A program made the position numbers and the translations under genes. Below the pieces are notes generated by a model. It was given only the letters and a program-made list of their open reading frames with translations, searched no databases and had not been told where the DNA came from. 64,000 nt of DNA from Clostridia bacterium (lineage in GTDB: Bacteria > Bacillota > DSM-521 > Neomoorellales > Neomoorellaceae), in contig JASUSV010000004.1 in assembly GCA_030445865.1 (NCBI GenBank), positions 10,061-74,060 of the forward strand, read 5' to 3'. Of this stretch, positions 36,567 through 44,808 are shown in pieces. The first letter of the stretch is position 1. Every line of letters begins with the position of its first letter.

Positions 36567-37185
36567 AATCGTGTCGGATAAGACCCTTTTCCCTAAAGGC
36601 TGGCTGTGGCTTTGGCAGCGGCCCCGGCGGGCCCTCTGGTTGGGCGTGGCTGTCCTGCTCGGGCTGGCGTTATTGAGTACCGGCAATCTTATGAAAGACG
36701 GTTCCGGGGTTAAAACCGCGGGCCTGCGCCCTGCTCCGGTAACAGCAGGCGGGGGCTCCCAGCAAGAAGGTAAGGGCGAGCTGGGAACCGTTGCCCGGCA
36801 GCTGGAATCGCAGTTAAAGGGTATTTTAGAGCAGGTGCGGGGTGCCGGCAGGGTTGAAGTAAGCGTCACCCTGGCCGCCGGGCCTATGCGGGAATATGCC
36901 GTCAACACCAGGACCACCAGCCGCAGCGTGGAGGAAAAAGACCAGAACGGCGGCACGCGGCTAACCAAAGAGACCAACGCCGACGACCAGGTGGTCATGG
37001 CGCGGGCCGGCCAGATCGGGGGCGAGGGGCCGGTGGTGATTAAGGAATCCATGCCCAAGGTGCAGGGGGTGCTGGTGGTTGCCGACGGAGCCGAAGATCC
37101 GGTGGTGCGCGCCCAGATGGCCCAGGCCGTGCAGACCCTGCTGGGCATAGCCGCCCACCAGGTTCAGGTGTTGCCGCGGAGATGA
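36553..37185 (+). CDS. spoIIIAG: Stage III sporulation protein AG
   Basis: A single TM helix is followed by a ring-building-motif-like C-terminal domain (KVQGVLVVADGAEDP). The operon position also fits. Confidence 0.8.
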   Translation: MQGGEIVSDKTLFPKGWLWLWQRPRRALWLGVAVLLGLALLSTGNLMKDGSGVKTAGLRPAPVTAGGGSQQEGKGELGTVARQLESQLKGILEQVRGAGRVEVSVTLAAGPMREYAVNTRTTSRSVEEKDQNGGTRLTKETNADDQVVMARAGQIGGEGPVVIKESMPKVQGVLVVADGAEDPVVRAQMAQAVQTLLGIAAHQVQVLPRR

Positions 37186-37194
37186 GGTATTGTG

Positions 37195-37469
37195 TTACAA
37201 GGGCACTTCCGCAAGAAGTATGAAAATGCCGGGGGATACTGGCGTAAGGCGACTTTGGGCGAGCCCTGCGAGCCGTTGGCGAGACCGAGCCCGGAGGCGG
37301 GGCCGAGGACAGAGAAGGCCTACGGCCGGCCACTGAGACAAACAGGAGGTCGAATTGGCCGTGAACCCCACCGGAGGGCGAGGGGGAGCCATACGGCTCG
37401 CAGGCGAGCCCGTCTGGAGCCGTCGCCAGCGCCCCGGCACAGAGAATATTTCGGAAGCATCATTACAAG
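37195..37469 (+). repeat. GC-rich intergenic repeat, copy B (full dyad-symmetric form) between spoIIIAG and spoIIIAH
   Basis: The left arm 37202-37280 is complementary in blocks to the right arm 37388-37463: CTTCCG/CGGAAG, TGCCGGGG/CCCCGGCA, CTGGCG/CGCCAG, CCTGCGAGCCGT/ACGGCTCGCAGG. The core 37281-37463 is homologous to copy A. TTACAAG occurs at both edges (37195-37201 and 37463-37469). Confidence 0.75.
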
Positions 37470-37485
37470 CAATGGGGTGAAGAAG

Positions 37486-38082
37486 ATGATGGTTGTGACC
37501 AATAGGATGCGCGTTTTGCTGGCGCTGCTACTAACCTTCGGCGTGCTGGTCTACCTGGTACAGGGTGAAAGGCGGGCTCTCTCGCCGGCAGGAATAGAGC
37601 AGCCGGCAGAAGGGCCGGGCGACAAAATTAATACCGGCGCTAAAACGACCCCTGCTGCGGCTCCTATAGTTCAGGAGCCCAGGGCGGAAGATATCCTTAA
37701 GGGCGCTCAGAGCAAGGCGGGCAGTAAAAGCGGCTCGGCTTTTTTTGTGGAATATCGCCTGGAGCGCGACCGCAACCGCAGCAAACAAATCCAGTTATTA
37801 AAGGAAATTATTGATAGCCCCAGCGCGCCCGGCGAAGGCAAGCAGGAGGCCCAGAAGAGGCTGGTGGATTTAACCCAGCAGATGGACCTGGAGCTTCAAT
37901 TGGAAAAATTAATTGTCGCTAAAGGCTACCAGGAGGCCGCCGTTTTTATCCAGCCGCATGCGGTCAACGTCCTGGTCATGGCAGCCAATTTTGGCCCAGG
38001 GGATGCGAACAAAATCGGCGACCTCGTATGCCGCGCCACCGGTCGCCCGCGGGAGCAGGTAAGCATTATACCTTTTTCCTAA
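37486..38082 (+). CDS. spoIIIAH: Stage III sporulation protein AH
   Basis: The ATG at 37486 gives MMVVTNRMRVLLALLLTFGVLVYLV (TM helix), followed by a YscJ/FliF-like C-terminal domain. The ORF-track extension back to 37192 runs through the repeat. Confidence 0.82.
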   Translation: MMVVTNRMRVLLALLLTFGVLVYLVQGERRALSPAGIEQPAEGPGDKINTGAKTTPAAAPIVQEPRAEDILKGAQSKAGSKSGSAFFVEYRLERDRNRSKQIQLLKEIIDSPSAPGEGKQEAQKRLVDLTQQMDLELQLEKLIVAKGYQEAAVFIQPHAVNVLVMAANFGPGDANKIGDLVCRATGRPREQVSIIPFS

Positions 38083-38140
38083 TCGTTGTAGGCTAAGACT
38101 TAAGCCTTTGGCGTTGTCGTAAAGAAAACAACCGGATTCA

Positions 38141-38195
38141 GGAAAGGCGAATGCATCATGTATACTTGCGCTGAAAGCATTGCATTCGCCCTTCC
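38141..38195 (+). other. 15-bp stem-loop downstream of spoIIIAH
   Basis: GGAAAGGCGAATGCA (38141-38155) pairs with TGCATTCGCCCTTCC (38181-38195), with one mismatch and a 25-nt loop. Confidence 0.55.
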
Positions 38196-38236
38196 TGCTC
38201 TCATATAATATTTTAAGCGGGCCAGATGAATAACCG

Positions 38237-38259
38237 CTCAGGCTAACGCCTGAGTTTTT
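38237..38259 (+). terminator. Intrinsic terminator 38 nt upstream of pycB
   Basis: CTCAGGC-TAAC-GCCTGAG followed by TTTTT. Confidence 0.65.
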
Positions 38260-38296
38260 ATATATTTTTAAATGGGCAGAATGGAGAGATAAAAGT

Positions 38297-40120
38297 TTGA
38301 AGCTTACCGATACGACTCTGCGCGACGGTCACCAGAGTCTCTGGGCTACCAGGATGGCCCTGGAAGATATGCTGCCTATCCTGGAAAAGATCGATAGCGT
38401 TGGTTACCATTCCCTGGAGGTCTGGGGCGGCGCTACTTTCGATGTCTGTATGCGTTACCTGGATGAAGATCCCTGGGTGCGCCTTAGGTCCTTAAAACGC
38501 AATATCCGCAAAACTCCTTTGCAGATGCTTCTGCGCGCCCAGTCGCTGGTAGGGTACCAGCTCTACCCCGACGACGTGGTGGAAGCTTTTATCGGCCGGG
38601 CGGTGGCCAACGGCATCGACATCATCCGCATCTTCGATGCCCTTAACGACGTTCGCAATATGGAAGTACCTATTAAAATCGCCAAGCGCGAGGGAGCGCA
38701 CGTCCAGGGAACGGTAGTCTACACCATTAGCCCGGTGCATACAACCGAGCATTATCTGAAAACGGCCCTGGAGCTAAAGCAGTTGGGAGTAGATTCTATT
38801 TGCATTAAAGATATGGCCGGGTTGCTGACGCCTTTTGCCGCCTACGACCTGGTGAAAACTTTTAAGGAAAATTTGGACCTCCCCGTACAGTTGCACAGCC
38901 ACTACATCGGCGGCCTGGCCCTGGCCGCCTACGTGGAGGCGGCGCGGGCCGGAGTAGATGTGGTGGATACGGCCTCGGTGCCCCTGGCCTTCGGCGCCTC
39001 CCAGCCGCCGGTGGAGACGGTAGTTCGGGCTCTGCAAGGGACGCCTTATGATACCGGGCTGGACCTGCACCTGCTTTTCGAGATCGCCAACTACTTCGAT
39101 GAGGTGCGGAAAAAGCTGGGTTACGAGCGGGGCGTGACGCGCATTACCGATATGTGGGTCTTCGAGCACCAGGTGCCCGGCGGCATGATTTCCAATCTTA
39201 TAAGCCAGCTGAAGGAGCAGAAGGCCGCCGACAGGTTGCCCGAAGTTCTGGCCGAAATCCCGCGCGTGCGGGCCGACCTGGGCTACCCGCCGCTGGTGAC
39301 GCCTACCAGCCAGATCGTCGGTACCCAGGCGGTGCTTAACGTTCTCTTAGGCCAGAGGTATAAAATGATTCCCGGCGAGGTAAAGAATTACGTGCGCGGC
39401 CTTTACGGCCGGCCGCCGGCGCCCATTAGCGAGGAAATACGCCGTCTGATAATCGGGGACGAGGAACCCATTACCGGGAGGCCGGCCGATTACCTGCAAC
39501 CCCGCCTGGAAGCCGCCCGTCGGGAAATCGGCGACCTGGCCGAAAGCGAAGAAGATGTCCTATCGTACGCCCTCTTTCCCCAAGTAGCGCGTAAATTTTT
39601 AGCCGACCGCCGGGCCGGCAAGTTGCAGCCGGGCAAGATGGCGGCGGCCAGAAAGGTTTCCGCCCAAAAAGAGGGGGAGATGAAAAAGGTGGAGTTGAAG
39701 GAAATTACCCAACTAATCAAAACTTTAGAGGAGACGGGCATTACGGAGTTAAACCTGGAAAGCGAGGGCGTTAAATTAGCCATCAAGCGGGGAGGGGGTG
39801 GCAGCCAGGCGGCGGCCGAAGGTCCGGGGCCGCTGGTGAATACCTCCTTGCCTGTTTTAAGCGAGCGGCCGGCCAACGGGTACGTCGAGGTGCGCTCGCC
39901 CATGGTGGGAACTTTTTATCGCGCTCCGGCGCCGGGTGCGCCGCCTTTTGTAGAGGTGGGTAGCCGCGTGGAGCCGGGCCAGATCCTCTGTATAATCGAG
40001 GCCATGAAGTTAATGAACGAAATTGCGGCCGAAACCGCCGGGGTGGTGGTAGAAATCCTGGCAGAAAACGGGCAGCCGGTAGAATACGGCCAGGTCTTAT
40101 TCCGCCTGGCAGAGGGGTAG
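38297..40120 (+). CDS. pycB: Pyruvate carboxylase subunit B-type protein: carboxyltransferase (HMGL-like/PYC_OADA) fused to a biotin carboxyl carrier domain
   Basis: The N-terminus [19 protein letters not shown] is present. The C-terminal biotinyl domain carries the EAMKLMNEI attachment motif. The start is TTG. Confidence 0.85.
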   Translation: MKLTDTTLRDGHQSLWATRMALEDMLPILEKIDSVGYHSLEVWGGATFDVCMRYLDEDPWVRLRSLKRNIRKTPLQMLLRAQSLVGYQLYPDDVVEAFIGRAVANGIDIIRIFDALNDVRNMEVPIKIAKREGAHVQGTVVYTISPVHTTEHYLKTALELKQLGVDSICIKDMAGLLTPFAAYDLVKTFKENLDLPVQLHSHYIGGLALAAYVEAARAGVDVVDTASVPLAFGASQPPVETVVRALQGTPYDTGLDLHLLFEIANYFDEVRKKLGYERGVTRITDMWVFEHQVPGGMISNLISQLKEQKAADRLPEVLAEIPRVRADLGYPPLVTPTSQIVGTQAVLNVLLGQRYKMIPGEVKNYVRGLYGRPPAPISEEIRRLIIGDEEPITGRPADYLQPRLEAARREIGDLAESEEDVLSYALFPQVARKFLADRRAGKLQPGKMAAARKVSAQKEGEMKKVELKEITQLIKTLEETGITELNLESEGVKLAIKRGGGGSQAAAEGPGPLVNTSLPVLSERPANGYVEVRSPMVGTFYRAPAPGAPPFVEVGSRVEPGQILCIIEAMKLMNEIAAETAGVVVEILAENGQPVEYGQVLFRLAEG

Positions 40121-40124
40121 GAGG

Positions 40125-41468
40125 ATGTTCAAGCGGGTGCTGGTTGCCAACCGGGGCGAGATCGCCGTGCGGGTGATCCGGGCCTGCCGCGAGCTGGATA
40201 TTGAGACGGTGGCCGTTTACTCCGAGGCCGATCGCGAGGCCTTGCACGTCCGGATGGCCGATAAAGCCATCTGCATCGGTCCCCCGCCTGCGGCGCGCAG
40301 TTATTTGAACATCCCGGCGATTATCTCTGCTGCCAGGATAAGCGGCGCCGAAGCCATCCACCCGGGCTACGGATTCCTGGCGGAAAACCCTTACTTTGCC
40401 GAGATGTGTTCAACTTCCGGCCTCGTCTTTATCGGGCCGTCGCCGGCGGCCATGCAATTGATGGGTGCCAAGGCTTCCGCCAGGGCGGCCATGCAGCGGG
40501 CCGGCGTGCCGGTGGTGCCCGGCTCCGACGGAACCGTTCAGGACGACCGCCAGGCGCTGGCCGTGGCGGAAGAGATCGGGTACCCGGTAATAGTTAAAGC
40601 TTCGGCAGGCGGCGGCGGGCGCGGTATGCGTATTGCCCAGAATCCCCAGGAGCTACGCCGGGCTTTGTTGTTATCCCGCCAGGAGGCCCAGGCGGCTTTC
40701 GGCGATGCCGAAGTTTACCTGGAAAAATACTTGGAGGAGCCCCGCCATATCGAATTTCAAATCCTGGGCGACGGCCGGGGTAACGTTATCCACCTGGGGG
40801 AAAGGGACTGCTCCCTGCAGCGGCGCCACCAAAAAATACTGGAGGAAGCGCCCTCGCTGGCCCTTACGCCTTCCTTGCGCCGCGAAATGGGCGAAGTGGC
40901 CGTAAAAGCGGCTAAAGCGGTAAATTACAGCGGCGCTGGAACGGTGGAATTTTTGCTCGACAAGCACGGCCGCTATTATTTTATCGAAATGAATACCCGC
41001 ATCCAGGTCGAGCACCCGGTCACAGAACTTATCACCGGGGTTGACCTGGTGCAGGAGCAGTTGCGTATAGCAGCTGGAGAAGGCTTGCGCTTTAATCAGG
41101 AAGACATCGAGCTCCGCGGCCACGCCATAGAGTGCCGCATCAACGCCGAGGACCCGGAGTCTGATTTCCGGCCCTCGCCGGGGCGCATCGAAGAGTATCG
41201 CGTTCCCGGCGGTTTCGGCGTGCGCGTGGACGCCGCCGTCTACCAGGGATACGAGATCCCGCCTTATTATGATTCCTTAATTGCTAAATTGATCGTCTTG
41301 GCGCCGGCGCGGCCGGAGGCCATCAGCCGCATGCGGCGGGCCCTGCAGGAATTCGTAATCAAGGGCGTACCTACCACCATCCCCTTTCACCTGAAGCTGC
41401 TGGACAACGCTTTCTTCCGCCGGGGCGAAGTTTATACCAATTTCATTCAGCGAAGGGGTATCGCATGA
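40125..41468 (+). CDS. pycA: Biotin carboxylase (pyruvate carboxylase subunit A / AccC type)
   Basis: [36 protein letters not shown] is present in an ATP-grasp protein of 447 aa. Confidence 0.9.
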   Translation: MFKRVLVANRGEIAVRVIRACRELDIETVAVYSEADREALHVRMADKAICIGPPPAARSYLNIPAIISAARISGAEAIHPGYGFLAENPYFAEMCSTSGLVFIGPSPAAMQLMGAKASARAAMQRAGVPVVPGSDGTVQDDRQALAVAEEIGYPVIVKASAGGGGRGMRIAQNPQELRRALLLSRQEAQAAFGDAEVYLEKYLEEPRHIEFQILGDGRGNVIHLGERDCSLQRRHQKILEEAPSLALTPSLRREMGEVAVKAAKAVNYSGAGTVEFLLDKHGRYYFIEMNTRIQVEHPVTELITGVDLVQEQLRIAAGEGLRFNQEDIELRGHAIECRINAEDPESDFRPSPGRIEEYRVPGGFGVRVDAAVYQGYEIPPYYDSLIAKLIVLAPARPEAISRMRRALQEFVIKGVPTTIPFHLKLLDNAFFRRGEVYTNFIQRRGIA

Positions 41469-41747
41469 ATTAACTTTATCGCTATTTCTTTTCTGGCTCA
41501 ACCCTTCGCCAACTTCCTTTCCCGTTCCCATGAAGCCGAAGCCGATCGCCTAGCTGTAGAACTTACGGCCCGCCCCCGGGCTGCCGCGGACCTCCAGATC
41601 AACCTGGCGAGGCGCAACCTGGCCGACATCGCCCCGCCTCCTTTTATTGAATGGTTTGTCTACTCTCACCCTTCGGCCCTGCGGAGGATCAAAGCTATTT
41701 TAGGAGAAACGGTTGATGATTCTGTGGACAGGACTGTAGCGTTATAG
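41469..41747 (+). pseudogene. Remnant (C-terminal ~90 codons) of an M48/Ste24-type metallopeptidase gene
   Basis: The translation is INFIAISFLAQPFANFLSRSHEAEADRLAVELT..NLADIAPPPFIEWFVYSHPSALRRIKAIL. It matches the M48 C-terminal pattern (SRxxExxAD..NL..p.P...ysHPp..eRI). There is no HExxH region and no start codon, and it begins immediately after the pycA stop in the same frame. Confidence 0.65.
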
Positions 41748-41797
41748 TTAACTTATGGTAAAATACCCTTTAAAAAAGAAGAAGAGAGGGGAACGGC

Positions 41798-43705
41798 TTG
41801 CTATTGGATGCGCGGGTTCTCATGACCTCGCCTTATCCCGAAATTACGGAACTGGCAGGCGAAATAGCGCAGGAGATCGGGCTACCGGTCAAGGTGATAG
41901 ACGGGGCCTTAGACGAAGTTGTGCAAATAGTGCAGCAATATATGGCAGATTTCGGCGTCGAGGTTCTGGTCAGCCGCGGGGCTACGGCTGACCTTTTGCG
42001 GCAACACTTTTCTTCCCTGCCTTTAATCCGCATCGACCCGTCGGAGTTCGATATTATCGAAGCCCTGGGTAAGGCCAAAAGCGAGCGAGGGGTAACAGGT
42101 TTTTTGGGCTCCCGGTTTGACGAAGTGCACCGGCGGGTGGGGCATATCGCTGCCCTTATGGGATTAGACGTAGTGCCGTATCTCTACGGCAACTCGGCTG
42201 AGTTTCGCCTGCAGTTTGAAAGGGCACGGCGGGATGGCGTGCAGGTTTTAATTGGCGGGGGCCAGCGGGGAGCGGATATGGCCGCTGCCGCCGGCATAAA
42301 ACACATCCGCCTCTTGGTAGGGCGGGCGACGGTAAAGCAGGCTTTGGAGAGGGCCAAAGAAATTGCCGAGGCTTCCAGAAGGGAAAGGGAAAAAGCGGAA
42401 AAATTTCAAGCGGTAGTCGAATATTCTCACGAAGGGATTATTGCCTTGGATCAAAGCGGTGCTTTTACCATTTTTAACCCGGTAGCGGGGAAATATTTCG
42501 GTTTAACGGCTCATATGGTTCTGGGGAAGAAAATGTCGGAATTGCCTTTTATTAAGCCTTTAGCTGAACTGGTTGAAAGCGAAGCCCCTCTCCTGGGCCA
42601 CTTGCAGGAAACCAAAAAAGGCTTTATCGTAGTCAACAGGGTGCCTTTAATTGCCAATGGCGAAAAGCAAGGTTTGTTAATTACCTTCCAGGATGTCGGT
42701 AAAGTGCAACAATTGGAGCGCAAGATCCGGGGCGAGCTGCATCAGAGGCGCTTTCAGGCCAGATATTCTTTCCGGGATATTATCTATCAGAGCTCTGTTA
42801 TGGAACACGTCCTCGCCACGGCCCGGCGCTTCGCCGCCACCGATTCTACGGTGCTCATCAAGGGCGAGAGCGGTACTGGTAAAGAATTGCTGGCGCAGGG
42901 AATCCACCAGGCCCACCCGGAGCGGCGCGAGGGGCCCTTTGTGGCCATCAACTGCGCTGCCTTGACCGAAAGCCTGCTGGAGAGCGAGCTTTTCGGTTAC
43001 GAGGAAGGATCTTTTACTGGCGCGAAAAAAGGCGGCCGCGCAGGCCTCTTTGAGCTGGCCCACGGGGGAACCATTTTTCTCGACGAGATCGGCAAACTGC
43101 CCTTTAACCTCCAGGGACAGTTGCTGCGGGTGCTCCAGGAAAAAGAAATCCGGCGCGTAGGCGGCAATCAGCTCATCCCGGTCGATGTGCGGGTAGTGGC
43201 CGCCACCAACGAAGACCTGCGGGATCTGGTGCGCAAGGGTTCTTTCCGCGAAGATTTGTATTACCGCTTAAATGTGCTCACCCTTTACTTGCCGCCTTTG
43301 AGAGAGCGCTCCGAAGACATCCCCCTCTTGGCAGAAAACTTTTTGAATAAATTTAACCATAAGTACGCCAAAAAAATTAAAATTCCGCCCGCTTTTATGG
43401 GTTCATTAACCCGCTTAAAGTGGCCCGGCAACGTGCGGCAACTGGAGAATTTTATCGAACGCCTGGTCCTGGTTGCCGACGAAAACAACGTGGAAGTCGT
43501 CCTGAGGGAAATGCTGCGGCAAGAATTCGGCAACGAAGAGCACGGTCCAACTTTGGAGTTGCAGCCGCATATGAATTTAAGGGAAATGCAGCGGGAAATT
43601 GTCAAGAAGTATTTGCGCAGCGGGAAGATGACGCGCACCGAATTGGCGCAGAAACTAGGCATCAGCCGTACGACTCTCTGGAAGTTGTTGAAGGAAGAAG
43701 CTTAA
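41798..43705 (+). CDS. Sigma-54-dependent transcriptional activator, PrpR-like (PrpR_N sensor, PAS, AAA+, Fis-type HTH)
   Basis: The AAA+ domain shows Walker A GESGTGKE, the sigma-54 contact loop (GAFTGA-type) EGSFTGA and LFLDEIG. The C-terminal HTH LAQKLGISRTTLWKLLK is present. Confidence 0.88.
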   Translation: MLLDARVLMTSPYPEITELAGEIAQEIGLPVKVIDGALDEVVQIVQQYMADFGVEVLVSRGATADLLRQHFSSLPLIRIDPSEFDIIEALGKAKSERGVTGFLGSRFDEVHRRVGHIAALMGLDVVPYLYGNSAEFRLQFERARRDGVQVLIGGGQRGADMAAAAGIKHIRLLVGRATVKQALERAKEIAEASRREREKAEKFQAVVEYSHEGIIALDQSGAFTIFNPVAGKYFGLTAHMVLGKKMSELPFIKPLAELVESEAPLLGHLQETKKGFIVVNRVPLIANGEKQGLLITFQDVGKVQQLERKIRGELHQRRFQARYSFRDIIYQSSVMEHVLATARRFAATDSTVLIKGESGTGKELLAQGIHQAHPERREGPFVAINCAALTESLLESELFGYEEGSFTGAKKGGRAGLFELAHGGTIFLDEIGKLPFNLQGQLLRVLQEKEIRRVGGNQLIPVDVRVVAATNEDLRDLVRKGSFREDLYYRLNVLTLYLPPLRERSEDIPLLAENFLNKFNHKYAKKIKIPPAFMGSLTRLKWPGNVRQLENFIERLVLVADENNVEVVLREMLRQEFGNEEHGPTLELQPHMNLREMQREIVKKYLRSGKMTRTELAQKLGISRTTLWKLLKEEA

Positions 43706-43723
43706 GCTGGGTCTGTTCATTAT

Positions 43724-43743
43724 TTGAACTTATTGGAGTTCAA
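43724..43743. promoter_or_regulatory. Perfect 7-bp inverted repeat, candidate activator-binding site (UAS)
   Basis: TTGAACT-TATTGG-AGTTCAA lies about 130 bp upstream of the -24/-12 element. Confidence 0.4.
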
Positions 43744-43835
43744 AATTTTGGTCTTCGTTTAAAATATAAACATCTAACAGCCTTAAGTTTATTATTTTAA
43801 CAACAAGATTATCAAAACTTAGTGAAATTTTAAAC

Positions 43836-43860
43836 AAGCCTTTCTCTTAAAGGCTTTTTC
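43836..43860 (+). terminator. Intrinsic terminator after the activator gene
   Basis: AAGCCTTT-CTCTT-AAAGGCTT followed by a T-run. It abuts the sigma-54 promoter. Confidence 0.55.
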
Positions 43861-43864
43861 TTTT

Positions 43865-43880
43865 TGGCATACTTTTTGCT
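43865..43880 (+). promoter_or_regulatory. Sigma-54 (-24/-12) promoter
   Basis: TGGCAT-ACTTT-TTGCT has GG and GC exactly 12 nt apart, matching the TGGCAC-N5-TTGCW consensus. It lies directly downstream of a sigma-54 activator gene. Confidence 0.75.
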
Positions 43881-43929
43881 AAGGATCATGTTTGGCGGAT
43901 CCTCTTATAGTTTTAATAACCAGAGAGAG

Positions 43930-44796
43930 GTGGAGTCCTTGCTTCTGCGCAGCCTTTTATTCATACCGGGAAATAAAGAGAAAATCTTGCTCAAAACCTC
44001 TACGGTCAATGCCGACGCCGTCGTCTGGGATCTGGAAGACGCCGTTCCCCTCGCCGAAAAAGCCCTGGCCAGGCAGCTCATCCGTCAGCACCTTTCCGAT
44101 CTCGCTTCGCCAGCTCCTCTAGTTTACGTGCGGGCTAATGCTGTAACTACCGGACTGGTAGATGAAGATCTCCGGTATGTAGTGGGCCCTAATTTAACAG
44201 GTATTATGCTCCCCAAGGTTGAGACTGCCGACGAGGTGCGCTACGTCGCCAGGAGCCTGGTAACTTTAGAAAAAGAAAGCGGCATGGCCGGCGGCTCGGT
44301 AAAAATAATTGCCACTTTGGAGACAGCCCTGGGCGTATTACGGGCCTATGATATAGCCGCGGCTTCCGACCGGGTCGAAGCCCTGTGCCTGGGGGCCGAA
44401 GACTTCACCCGCGACCTGGGCACTTCCCGCAGCCGCGAAGGCAGTGAGCTGGCCTACGCTCGTGGGGCTATAGTTTTGGCTGCCGCCGCAGCCAGGGTAG
44501 CAGCTATCGATACCGTTTTTTCGGATTTAAACGACGAGGAGGGATTAGAAAAAGAATGCCACCTTGTTAGAGGCCTTGGCTTCGGCGGCAAGTGCGCCAT
44601 TCACCCCAGGCAGTTAGATATAATCAACCGGGCTTTTTCGCCCACAGAAGAGGAGGTGGCGTACGCCCGCCGGGTGGTGGCGGCTTTTGAAGAAGCCAGG
44701 GCCCAGAATCTAGGCGTTATCCTAGTGGACGGCAGGATGGTGGATAAACCCGTTGTGGAACGGGCGCAACGGATACTGGAACGCTTCGGCGGTTAG
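43930..44796 (+). CDS. CitE/HpcH-HpaI family acyl-CoA lyase (citryl/malyl/citramalyl-CoA lyase-like)
   Basis: RSLLFIPGN..DAVVWDLEDAV..GIMLPKVE..EDFTRDLG is present. The ORF is open from 43864, but the sigma-54 promoter occupies 43865-43880. The start is therefore placed at GTG 43930 or TTG 43939, downstream of the predicted transcription start. Confidence 0.8.
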   Translation: MESLLLRSLLFIPGNKEKILLKTSTVNADAVVWDLEDAVPLAEKALARQLIRQHLSDLASPAPLVYVRANAVTTGLVDEDLRYVVGPNLTGIMLPKVETADEVRYVARSLVTLEKESGMAGGSVKIIATLETALGVLRAYDIAAASDRVEALCLGAEDFTRDLGTSRSREGSELAYARGAIVLAAAAARVAAIDTVFSDLNDEEGLEKECHLVRGLGFGGKCAIHPRQLDIINRAFSPTEEEVAYARRVVAAFEEARAQNLGVILVDGRMVDKPVVERAQRILERFGG

Positions 44797-44808
44797 GGGG
44801 AAGTTAAA

